DNA of 64,000 nucleotides from Candidatus Marinacidobacterales bacterium. Its GTDB lineage: Bacteria; Acidobacteriota; Vicinamibacteria; Marinacidobacterales; DATDRI01. The translations under genes and the position numbers were made by a program. Positions within the stretch are counted from its first letter, which is position 1. Each line of letters begins with the position of its first letter. Below are positions 48,607 to 57,483 of this stretch, in pieces. The stretch spans positions 4,288,001 to 4,352,000 of the forward strand of contig OZ245365.1 in NCBI GenBank assembly GCA_965226495.1, in the 5' to 3' direction. The notes under the pieces were generated by a model. It did no database searches, had not been told where the DNA came from, and saw only the letters and a list, made by a program, of their open reading frames with translations.

Positions 48607-49785
48607 ATGAAAAAATCCCGCGATTCCCAACGAATGATCAGCCCTATTACGGGCGAGCCGGTCCAGGGTCTGTTCTCTGAAGAGGAACGGACCACCGGTC
48701 TGGCGCGGTTCAAGGAGATCCTCAAAGACCTGGGCTCAGAATTCGTCCAGTGGGTCAAGAACCCCCGCTCGTCCGATGTGGCGCTGAGCCCCCTCACCGG
48801 CGACCGGATGGATGAGCGCCGCTCGGACGAGGATCAGACGAAGGGAGTGGCGCGGCTCTCTGAAATCGCCCGCGATCTGTTCTCGGAGTTCCGCCAGTGG
48901 ATCAAGGACCCGCGCGCTTCTGATCCGGCGCGCAGCCCGCTGACCGGCGCCGCCCGGGCGGACCTCTTCGCGGTCGAGAGCGAGAGCAAACGAGCCCTCG
49001 GATCTCTGGGCGGAGCCTTCGGCGTCTACCTAGGGGTTGCGTTCGTCTACATCCTGTTGCTAGTCGTCCTCCGCTGGATGCCGGACGGGCCGAACCGCCC
49101 CATCGAGGTCAATCTCCCTAACCTCGTGTTCCTGGTCGAGCCGGGACCGGGAGGTGGCGGAGGCGGGGGCGGCAGTGAATCTCCCGAACCGATCTCCGCT
49201 CTGAAAATTGAAGGGGAGGACCAGGCTAAACAGGCCATCGATATCCTCGACGAGGACCAGCTCGTCTTCGAGGAAGAAAAAAAGAAAGAGGAAGAGCCGC
49301 CGGTCGAGGAGGAAGAAGAGAAAAGAGAGATCAAGGCCCCGATCGTGGAAATGTCTCCCGACGATATGGACCAAACGGGGGAGATCGATTCCCCTGAGCA
49401 GCTGGTGGCGTCCGCCGGACCCAAATCGGGCAACGGTATGGGAGAAGGCGTAGGCTCCGGAATCGGCGAAGGTGAAGGCGGAGGCTTCGGTGGCGGGGCG
49501 TATCGATTGGGAACCGGCGTCGTTCCTCCCACGCTTCAACGCCAGGTCCGACCCTCCTATACCGATGAGGCGCTCGCCCGCAAAATTCAAGGAAGCGTGG
49601 AGCTCGAAGTGGTTATCCTTTCCAACGGAACGGTGGGGCCGATCCGGATTATAAGAAGCCTCGATCGTGGCCTGGATCTAAAAGCCATCGAAGCGGTAAG
49701 ACAATGGAAATTCAGGCCGGGCCTCTTTCAAAGCAAGCCCGTGGATGTACTCGCCGTAATTACCGTCGACTTTACTTTGTTGTAA
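48607..49785 (+). CDS. Energy transducer TonB with N-terminal 49-aa repeats
   Basis: TM helix, Gly- and Glu-rich linker, PSYTDEALARKIQGSV..GLDLKAIEAVRQWKFRPG. Confidence 0.88.
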   Translation: MKKSRDSQRMISPITGEPVQGLFSEEERTTGLARFKEILKDLGSEFVQWVKNPRSSDVALSPLTGDRMDERRSDEDQTKGVARLSEIARDLFSEFRQWIKDPRASDPARSPLTGAARADLFAVESESKRALGSLGGAFGVYLGVAFVYILLLVVLRWMPDGPNRPIEVNLPNLVFLVEPGPGGGGGGGGSESPEPISALKIEGEDQAKQAIDILDEDQLVFEEEKKKEEEPPVEEEEEKREIKAPIVEMSPDDMDQTGEIDSPEQLVASAGPKSGNGMGEGVGSGIGEGEGGGFGGGAYRLGTGVVPPTLQRQVRPSYTDEALARKIQGSVELEVVILSNGTVGPIRIIRSLDRGLDLKAIEAVRQWKFRPGLFQSKPVDVLAVITVDFTLL

Positions 49786-49792
49786 GAAGGAA

Positions 49793-49892
49793 CCCCTCAC
49801 CCCAGCCCTCTCCCCAAAGGGGAGAGGGTGACTTTAGTTGAAGTTGGCTTCCTTCCGTTTTCCCTCTCCCTCTGGGAGAGGGTAGGGTGAGG
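49793..49892. repeat. Inverted pair of CCCTCTCCC REP-like units
   Basis: cccctcaccccagccctctccccaaaggggagaggg ... ccctctccctctgggagagggtagggtgaggg, between convergent genes. Confidence 0.75.
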
Positions 49893-49899
49893 GCCGACC

Positions 49900-51462
49900 T
49901 TACTTATATCTGACTCCCCCCTTTACGACCACAAATACGCGCTTCATCGCCCTCATGTCGAGGAGCGGATTTCCCGCCACCACGATCACGTCGGCCAGCT
50001 TTCCCACCTCGAGCGTACCTAGTTGATCGGTTAGTCCGAGAGCCTCTGCCCCGATGCGCGTCGAGGCTTCGATGACCTGCATGGGGCTCATACCCAGCTC
50101 GGCCATGTACTTCATCTCATTGGCGTTCGGATCCTCTTGTTGGAAGTTCAGGTAAGCGGGGGTGTCGGTTCCCATCGAGAACTTCGCTCCCGCGCGGAGG
50201 AAACGACGCATGTTCTCGCGCGAGGTGGCTCGCTTCTTCATCATCTCGTTGTAGGACGGTCCGCGAAGGCCAAACGCATCGTCGCCCGACTCATCGGACG
50301 GCCGAGCCCGACGCTCATAGGTGGGTAGGCCGGACTCATCCGGATGCCGCTTGTTGTACACGAGCTTGTCCCGGTAGCGCATCAGGATGCGGTACTCCTT
50401 GGGCTCCATCGACATGATGTAGGACGTCTCATCCCAGCGATGTGGGTCTTCGGCTCGATTCGCTCCCGCCACCATGACTTCGAGCAGCGTGTCGATGATG
50501 ACTCCGTTCTTGACGTAGGCATCGATGATGTCCTCTTCGATGAGCGCGCTTCCGTAAAAAGGATGCTCGAGGGTATCGATATCGAACGCGGTCATGCGTC
50601 TCAAGCCCTCGTTGTGCCCGCCGCAGTGGACGTCGATGATCTTCCCGTTCTTGTGTGCCTTGTCGATGATGAAGCGAAGCTGCTCGTCGGTGAAATCGTT
50701 TTTGCCGTCGTAGACCTCGCCGGACATATACAGCTTCCAGTAGTTGAACTCGGGGCCGAGAAGCTTGTCGGTGTCTTCCTCGAGATCGTCGATGACGGCG
50801 TAGGCAAACTCGCTGCGCATCCAATCGATGGCATCGGCCGGCGTCTTGGCGGCCTTGGTGTAATGTGCGAAGTGCTCTGGGCTCGTCAACAAAGCACCGC
50901 CGAGGAAGACTCGAGGCCCCGCCATCTCACCACGATCGATGGCTTGTTTGATGGGCAACAACCTCTTCCACGGTCCACTGGTTTGTCTTTGACTTGTGAT
51001 CCCTTGCATGAGGTAGACCCAGGCCCGAAACGGCATCCGTGCGAACGTTTCTTCCCATCTGGCCCTTATCTCGTCCATGGGCAGATCCGCGGTGGGGGCC
51101 GGATAAATGGGGTTGAGTTGGATGTGTTGATTCGAATTAATGAGTCCCGGCATGATGGTCATACCGGAGGCATCGATGATCTCGGCGCCTTCCGGGATCT
51201 GGACCTCTGTCATGGGACCCACCCACTTGATGTGCTCCCCTTCGATCACGACCGCATAGTCTTGTTTGGGAGGAGCCCCAGTAGCATCGATGAAGGTCCC
51301 GCCCTGAATGACAATGGGCCGTTCCGGACGAAACGGTGGCTCCTGCGGCCCGAAGAAGACGGGCGCCTGCTGGGCACTCAAAAAAATCGGCAGCAATAGA
51401 AAACTGGCCGCCAGCCAGACCAGGGGCAATAAAGCGACGATCGAAACAGAAGCTTTCTCCAT
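49900..51462 (-). CDS. Secreted amidohydrolase-family protein (atypical metal motif)
   Basis: MPGLINSNQH, DVHC, LEH, MGTD, GTLEVGKLADVIVVAGNPL. Confidence 0.88.
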   Translation of the reverse strand: MEKASVSIVALLPLVWLAASFLLLPIFLSAQQAPVFFGPQEPPFRPERPIVIQGGTFIDATGAPPKQDYAVVIEGEHIKWVGPMTEVQIPEGAEIIDASGMTIMPGLINSNQHIQLNPIYPAPTADLPMDEIRARWEETFARMPFRAWVYLMQGITSQRQTSGPWKRLLPIKQAIDRGEMAGPRVFLGGALLTSPEHFAHYTKAAKTPADAIDWMRSEFAYAVIDDLEEDTDKLLGPEFNYWKLYMSGEVYDGKNDFTDEQLRFIIDKAHKNGKIIDVHCGGHNEGLRRMTAFDIDTLEHPFYGSALIEEDIIDAYVKNGVIIDTLLEVMVAGANRAEDPHRWDETSYIMSMEPKEYRILMRYRDKLVYNKRHPDESGLPTYERRARPSDESGDDAFGLRGPSYNEMMKKRATSRENMRRFLRAGAKFSMGTDTPAYLNFQQEDPNANEMKYMAELGMSPMQVIEASTRIGAEALGLTDQLGTLEVGKLADVIVVAGNPLLDMRAMKRVFVVVKGGVRYK

Positions 51463-51699
51463 CATCATCCTCCTCACGACATAGACAAACCGCCATGGAC
51501 TATCTCAAAATTGGGCGGCTTGAGCAAGATCCCTTTCCCATGGGTGTGAAGGACAACTGCGCGCAAGAGGCCTAAGAATCCGTGCGGTTGGATCCCCATC
51601 CAAACGCTTGGAGGTACTGTATACCATGGGTTGATCTTCAAAAGTTTGAAATATCTTAACTTACAACAACTTATGGCAGATCGCTCTTTCCAAACGCCG

Positions 51700-51714
51700 T
51701 GGCATCGATATTGC
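51700..51714 (+). promoter_or_regulatory. sigma54 promoter upstream of the TonB-dependent receptor
   Basis: TGGCATCGATATTGC (GG-N10-GC), with an AT-rich IHF-like tract at about 51650-51675. Confidence 0.65.
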
Positions 51715-51965
51715 TCTGTCTTGTGCGAGTGGGTTGTAGCTGTCATCTATATCGGGACAGTCCAGCCTGCGTCGGCGCACTAGGGGCGTTGAGCTAGAGT
51801 CTGACAAGCCCTAAACTTTCTTGACTCCTAGGCCCGTTTTGGGTTACAAGGGCCCTTGGAGCCAGTGTACACCGTGTACCATTGGCCATATCTGAGCAAA
51901 CGCAACGTGTTTGGAAGGGTATGAGCTTTAAATTAGCATTGCTCCCTACTTCAAGGAGGAAGAGC

Positions 51966-54911
51966 ATGAAATCTTGGTGGCCCTCTTCTATAGTATTAGC
52001 TTTATTCTTGGCATTCTTGGCGGCTCCCGCGGGGGCTCAGGTCGGTATGACCGAGATGACCGGAACCGTCTCCGATGGCACCGGCGCTGTCTTGCCCGGC
52101 GTGACAATTACCGCATCGGACTCAACTCGCGGTATTCAACGCACTGCGGTCAGCGGTGGCGACGGCAGGTATGCCTTCACGCAGATGCCGGTCGGGACCT
52201 ACGCGTTCACGTTCGAGCTGGGTGGTTTCGACAGCGCCCAACTGGAAGGCGTAGAACTCAACGTCGGTCAGAGACCGACCATCGACGTCACGATGCTGGT
52301 GGCCGGCGTCGCAGAGTCCATCACTGTGCGAGCCGAAACGCCGGTGATCGAGACGACTCGGTCCGAGCTGTCTCACACGGTTCAGGACGTCCAGGTCGAG
52401 GAGCTTCCCGTCCTCGGGCGAGACTGGTTGGGGTTCGCACTACTCGCACCGGGTGTCAAGTCGGATGGCGCCGAGGGGAGCCAGGACTCGGCACCGGTGG
52501 CTGGCATTGGAATCGGTCGCCAGGATAAGGTCCTCATCGACGGGGCGGACGTCAACAACCGCTCGACGTCGACGGGTATCGACATCAAGATCTCCAAGGA
52601 GACCATCGCCGAGTTCGAGGTCAAGACCAACCAATTCGACGCGCAGCTCGGTCAGAGCGGCACCTCGGTGACCCAGGCGGTGACCAAATCGGGAACCGAC
52701 GCCTTTCACGGAAGCGGCTTCTACTACCGTCGTGATGGCTCCTGGAACTCTCCCGACTTCTTTTCCGGCGAGAAGGACGAGGCGTTCAAGCAGGATCAAA
52801 TCGGCGGCGTCATTGGTGGCCCCGTGGTTCCAAGCAAAGCGTTCTTCTTCGTCAGCTACGAGTGGCAGAATTCGCCGCGCACATGCTCATCGAACAGTGG
52901 GATCGTCGCCATCGACAACCAGCAGGTAGGCTGCGGTGATGAACGGAATCTATGGTTCCTCCGGGGTGATGTTCAGATCACCTCGAACCACCGCGCTGCG
53001 ATTCGCTACAACAAGGCCACGCGACTACGGCCGCATGGCACGGTCGGCGGCGGCACGGTGCCGGGCCACTCGATCGACTTCGATTTCGACTTCGACCGCT
53101 ACAACTTCTCCTTGGACTCGGTTATCGGCGGAAACAAGGTCAACCGGTTGATGTACAACAACCTGAACACCGACCGCTTTTTCTCCAAGCGCGGCGATAC
53201 CCTCCCAGAGTCTCGGGTTCAGGGAGGGATCACGACGGCAGGTCCGACTCAAATTTTCCCGGGCGCTCGGCTCGGAGGCGCTATCGGCTCTGGCTTCGAG
53301 AACCCCGACTACTGGTCCATCCGGGACGACTTCTCCACGTTTTTCTCGAAGGGTGGAGACCACAACCTGAAGTTCGGCGGCTACCTCGAAAGGGCCACGC
53401 TCACGGGCTTCTTCCTCCAGTTTCAAAACGGCGCCTTCACCTACGATCAGGATCCTGCGAACCTTCAGACCTGCTGCACCTCGGAGATCCAGGCCGACTG
53501 GGACACTTCCCAGTTTCCGGAAGCCACCCGCTTCCAGCAGAAATTAGGTGACCCGGACATCGATACCAGCCAGAATTTCTACTCCCTGTATGTCCAGGAC
53601 GACTGGTCGATCAATGAAAAGCTCACCCTCAATCTCGGACTGCGCTACGACCTGGAGAAAGGCTCGCTGTTCAACGACCAACCAGACGCGATTCTCCAAC
53701 CCGAGTTCAGCGACGACACGGATAACTTCCAGCCCCGAATCGGCTTTGCTTATGACCTCAAAGGCGACGCAAAGACCATCATCCGTGGCGGGCTTGGGAG
53801 ATTCAGCTCCCAGGCGTTTCTGAACATCGCGCTCCTGGTGCAACAATCGAATCGCCGGGAGGAGCTCGAGGTGTCGGTCACCAACGACGGGTCGAATCCC
53901 AACTTCAACACCGATCCGCTGCAGGGTCGCACGTTCGAGGACTTCCAGGCCGCCATCGGAGAGATCCCCATCGATATCGCGATTTTCGAACCTGGCACAG
54001 AGATTCCGGATCTGTGGTCTTACACTATCGGAGTCGCGCATGAGCTAGCAGCTTCTATGGCTGTCGAGATCGACTACACCCATCAGAGGACCAACAATCA
54101 GTTCCTGACTCGGGAAACCAATGTCTTCTTCGACGAGGCTAACAACCGGCCGTTTCCGGTGGTGAGCGGAAACTTTCCCGAGCTCGGTGGAGAAGTTGTG
54201 GGCATGGGTCGACCGGATCCGGCCTTCAACTCCATCCGCGAGTTCCGGAACGAGGCCATCGCCCGCTACAACGGTCTCTCCGTCGCCTTCACCAAGCGGT
54301 TCACCAACAACTGGTCCGCGGGTGCGACTTACCTGCTCTCCGGGAACGAAGACAACGCATCCCAGTTCGACCGGCATCCGAGCAATCCGTTCGACATCGC
54401 GGACGAGTACGGCACTTCCCTGCACGACCAGCGCCATCGCTTCACCGCAAACTGGGTCTGGCAGTTGCCCTATGAATTCGTCTTCAGCGGGATCGTCTAT
54501 AGCGCCTCCGGACTAGCCCAGCGTGCTATCTTGAGCGGTGCGGATCTCTACGGTGTGGCTCCGCAATCGCGCGGGCTCATCCCCAGGCCGACCTGCGGTC
54601 TCGAGCCGAGGATCGCCTCCGCTTGCTCCCAACTCGGAATTGCCGACGGCACGCGCATACCGCGGAACTCCATCCGGTCGGACAGCGTCTTCCGAGTGGA
54701 CCTGCGCGTCGCCTGGCGACTTCGCGTCAGTGACGGCGCCGTCTCCATCGAGCCGAGTCTCGAGGTCTTCAACTTGTTCAATCGTGAAAACTACGATCCG
54801 CGGGCCTATGGCACGAACCTGGGAAGCGGCGCCTTCGGTCAGCCGGGCCGATCGTCGAACCTGCCTTACCTGCCTCGCAACATTCAGCTGGGCGCTATCG
54901 TGCGGTTCTAG
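51966..54911 (+). CDS. Oar-type TonB-dependent receptor with carboxypeptidase-regulatory-like N-terminal domain
   Basis: GTVSDGTGAVLPGVTITA, TKSGTDAFHGS, YVQDDW..LTLNLGLRYD, terminal PRNIQLGAIVRF; RBS AGGAGG. Confidence 0.93.
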   Translation: MKSWWPSSIVLALFLAFLAAPAGAQVGMTEMTGTVSDGTGAVLPGVTITASDSTRGIQRTAVSGGDGRYAFTQMPVGTYAFTFELGGFDSAQLEGVELNVGQRPTIDVTMLVAGVAESITVRAETPVIETTRSELSHTVQDVQVEELPVLGRDWLGFALLAPGVKSDGAEGSQDSAPVAGIGIGRQDKVLIDGADVNNRSTSTGIDIKISKETIAEFEVKTNQFDAQLGQSGTSVTQAVTKSGTDAFHGSGFYYRRDGSWNSPDFFSGEKDEAFKQDQIGGVIGGPVVPSKAFFFVSYEWQNSPRTCSSNSGIVAIDNQQVGCGDERNLWFLRGDVQITSNHRAAIRYNKATRLRPHGTVGGGTVPGHSIDFDFDFDRYNFSLDSVIGGNKVNRLMYNNLNTDRFFSKRGDTLPESRVQGGITTAGPTQIFPGARLGGAIGSGFENPDYWSIRDDFSTFFSKGGDHNLKFGGYLERATLTGFFLQFQNGAFTYDQDPANLQTCCTSEIQADWDTSQFPEATRFQQKLGDPDIDTSQNFYSLYVQDDWSINEKLTLNLGLRYDLEKGSLFNDQPDAILQPEFSDDTDNFQPRIGFAYDLKGDAKTIIRGGLGRFSSQAFLNIALLVQQSNRREELEVSVTNDGSNPNFNTDPLQGRTFEDFQAAIGEIPIDIAIFEPGTEIPDLWSYTIGVAHELAASMAVEIDYTHQRTNNQFLTRETNVFFDEANNRPFPVVSGNFPELGGEVVGMGRPDPAFNSIREFRNEAIARYNGLSVAFTKRFTNNWSAGATYLLSGNEDNASQFDRHPSNPFDIADEYGTSLHDQRHRFTANWVWQLPYEFVFSGIVYSASGLAQRAILSGADLYGVAPQSRGLIPRPTCGLEPRIASACSQLGIADGTRIPRNSIRSDSVFRVDLRVAWRLRVSDGAVSIEPSLEVFNLFNRENYDPRAYGTNLGSGAFGQPGRSSNLPYLPRNIQLGAIVRF

Positions 54912-54937
54912 TTAGTTACGAATAGCCCGAGTATTGT

Positions 54938-54972
54938 GAGCCCCGGCCATCGCGGCCGGGGCTCTTTTTTTT
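54938..54972 (+). terminator. Rho-independent terminator
   Basis: gagccccggcc-atcgc-ggccggggctc followed by a T run. Confidence 0.88.
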
Positions 54973-54982
54973 TGGAGTGGAG

Positions 54983-55729
54983 CTACTGTTTGCGAACGAT
55001 AGCTTTGCTGAGCAGCGCATCGGGGTACGCGATTCTGCTGTGTGTGAGTCCGGCATCTATAAGTGCCGCCAGCATATTAATAGTAACGGCAACCGGATCA
55101 ATAACTGGCACGGACAGCTTCATGGCTGCCAGCTTCTCTTGTAGATCTTCGGCAAGAAAAGCAAAACCCGTGCAGCAAATTACTAAGGTGTCGGCATGTG
55201 CTTCAACAATCGCTTTTCTGGCTGCCTCAGCCAGCAATGCCGCCGTTCGCGCGAGATCTGTACTTATTTCCATGACCGGGATGCCAACCACCTGACATGA
55301 CGCCAGACGGGAACTCAGCCCCGCCCTATGTGCTTGTTCCCGGAAATACCGCGCAGAAAACTCACTAGTGACCAGGAGGCTGAATCGACGTCCTAGCAAG
55401 GCCGCAACGTGCATCGATGTTTGGCCGGGTCCGAGTACCGGGATGGACACACTTTCGCGCATCTCTTGTACGCCAGGATCCGCCATGCAATCAACCATTA
55501 TCCCGTCAACATCTTCCTTTTCAGCTTTAACCGCATTCTTGATCAGATTCGGCACCGACAGGCTGAGTGCAGTGAGTGATTCCGTTGTTCCCAACTCTGG
55601 TCCGCTGTCGGGGAAACCTACACTGATGGTCAGATCTTCCCGCGCATAGCGCTGGTTTTTCTGCTGTAACACATTCTCTGACCGATCTTTTGTCGGAACA
55701 AACGCTTTAACTAGTCTGATGTGTTTCAT
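54983..55729 (-). CDS. Asp/Glu/hydantoin racemase-family protein
   Basis: VDCMADPG and ICCTGF catalytic Cys pair; VPVIDP. Confidence 0.88.
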   Translation of the reverse strand: MKHIRLVKAFVPTKDRSENVLQQKNQRYAREDLTISVGFPDSGPELGTTESLTALSLSVPNLIKNAVKAEKEDVDGIMVDCMADPGVQEMRESVSIPVLGPGQTSMHVAALLGRRFSLLVTSEFSARYFREQAHRAGLSSRLASCQVVGIPVMEISTDLARTAALLAEAARKAIVEAHADTLVICCTGFAFLAEDLQEKLAAMKLSVPVIDPVAVTINMLAALIDAGLTHSRIAYPDALLSKAIVRKQ

Positions 55730-55749
55730 TCGACTTCTCCTAAGTGCAA

Positions 55750-57483
55750 CTATCCGACAATCGTCTGTCGGCGTTTTGCTGTGGCTTCCATGTCAACCTG
55801 GAGATCATCTCCCTTGAGGATAACCGCATAGACTTCCTCCGCAGCTTCTCGGCTGACGTATCCGTCACATACATCCTTACGTACGAGATCCGGGTCCCGC
55901 TCGAGGGGATTACCATATCCGCCTCCGCCCCCGGTTCGTGCAACAATCCGCGATCCCTTTTTCAGTAAGATGCCACTGGTTTTCAGCACCTCATAGGGTG
56001 GCTCGTCCCCTGGCGGATGAATGGTGACTTGCGGTATCGATCCAGTATGTCCACCAAACAATCCCCACTGCGGCGTCTTCGTCCGCTCGAAATGGGCCTG
56101 AAAGGTAACGTCTATTAACGCTTCATACTCCTTGATAGTGTTCAAGCCGCCTCGCCACTTGCCAGCACCACCTGTATCTACTCCCATCTGGAGGCGTCTA
56201 ACCAGTATCGGACTACGACTTTCCTGGGTTTCAACAGGGCTGTTGCGAAAATCTCCCGCGACAGAATGTGTAATTGCGCTCACCCCGTCCACACCCGAAC
56301 TGGCACCCCAACCACCGTTCATCGACTCACCACCCATCCAGAATTCTCCCGTATCCGGGTCTCTGCCATAGACCTCAAGATTCCAGGAATCCCCCGGCAA
56401 CCCCGCCACTACTCGATCCGGAATCGCCGGAGCGAGGGCCTTAAAAATCAAATCAAGCAGCATCATAACTGGTATGGGTCGCATGCCTCCGACGGGCTCC
56501 TGTGCCCAGAAAATGGATGCCCGTTCAGCGATCAGATGAACAGGAATGAAACTCCCATGATTTACTTCAGGAACGGGACTTGGATAAAGAAAGGCAAGCG
56601 CCAGTTTTGCCATTGCCTTCGTCGATGGAAGACCGGTGTTGATGTTGCCGGCGTGTTGTTTGTCCGAGCCCCTGGTGTCAACCGTTATTTCATCACCGGC
56701 TATTGTTACCTTTACCCTTACAAGCACGGGAACATCGGTAACCCCATCGTTGTCTATATAGCCTTCTTCTTCATATACACCATCCGGAATACTTGATATG
56801 AATTCCCGGTAGTTGGCCTCGGTTACATCAAATATATCCTGCGTGGCCTGCCTGATGACATCCAGCCCAAAGCGATCAATCAGGTGCAGATACCTTCTCT
56901 CGCCCATTCTCGCAGCGGCAACCATCGCGTTCATATCGCCCATGAGGGTCTTGGGTAATCTGGAGTTCAGAACTAGTAAATCAACGACATCCGAAATGAA
57001 TTCGCCTCCTTGCATGATCCTGATGGGTGGTATGCGGATACCTTCCTGGTAGATTTCGGTCGTCCCCGCCGGATGTCCGGGAGTCGCCGCACCAACGTCG
57101 CTCCAATGGGCTCTTATGGCACCGAAACCGACAGGCCCCCCTTCATAGGCGTACACGCTGACGATATCCACGTCATTTAGGTGAGCCCCGACGGTATACG
57201 TATCATTGACAACAAAAACATCTCCTTCTTTCATGTTGTCCAGGCCATATTTGCCAACGACGGCCTCTACCGCCGCCTCCAGCCCCCCGGTGAAGTAGGG
57301 AGTACCTGGTGCTTGTGCCAGCAATTGCACCTTTTCGTTGTAGATGGAGATACCGTAATCGTGGCTTTCGTAAATGACTGGAGAATATGAACTACGATTC
57401 AACACCGCACTCACGTCATCCGCGATCGCATAAAACGCGTTCCGGATAACTTCTGTCGTAATGGGATCTATTGTCGAGTTCAT
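55750..57483 (-). CDS. Hydantoinase B / 5-oxoprolinase-family subunit
   Basis: SPVIYESHD, GAHLND, HWSDVG, GAGKWRGG, TGGGGGYGNPLERDP. Confidence 0.93.
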   Translation of the reverse strand: MNSTIDPITTEVIRNAFYAIADDVSAVLNRSSYSPVIYESHDYGISIYNEKVQLLAQAPGTPYFTGGLEAAVEAVVGKYGLDNMKEGDVFVVNDTYTVGAHLNDVDIVSVYAYEGGPVGFGAIRAHWSDVGAATPGHPAGTTEIYQEGIRIPPIRIMQGGEFISDVVDLLVLNSRLPKTLMGDMNAMVAAARMGERRYLHLIDRFGLDVIRQATQDIFDVTEANYREFISSIPDGVYEEEGYIDNDGVTDVPVLVRVKVTIAGDEITVDTRGSDKQHAGNINTGLPSTKAMAKLALAFLYPSPVPEVNHGSFIPVHLIAERASIFWAQEPVGGMRPIPVMMLLDLIFKALAPAIPDRVVAGLPGDSWNLEVYGRDPDTGEFWMGGESMNGGWGASSGVDGVSAITHSVAGDFRNSPVETQESRSPILVRRLQMGVDTGGAGKWRGGLNTIKEYEALIDVTFQAHFERTKTPQWGLFGGHTGSIPQVTIHPPGDEPPYEVLKTSGILLKKGSRIVARTGGGGGYGNPLERDPDLVRKDVCDGYVSREAAEEVYAVILKGDDLQVDMEATAKRRQTIVG

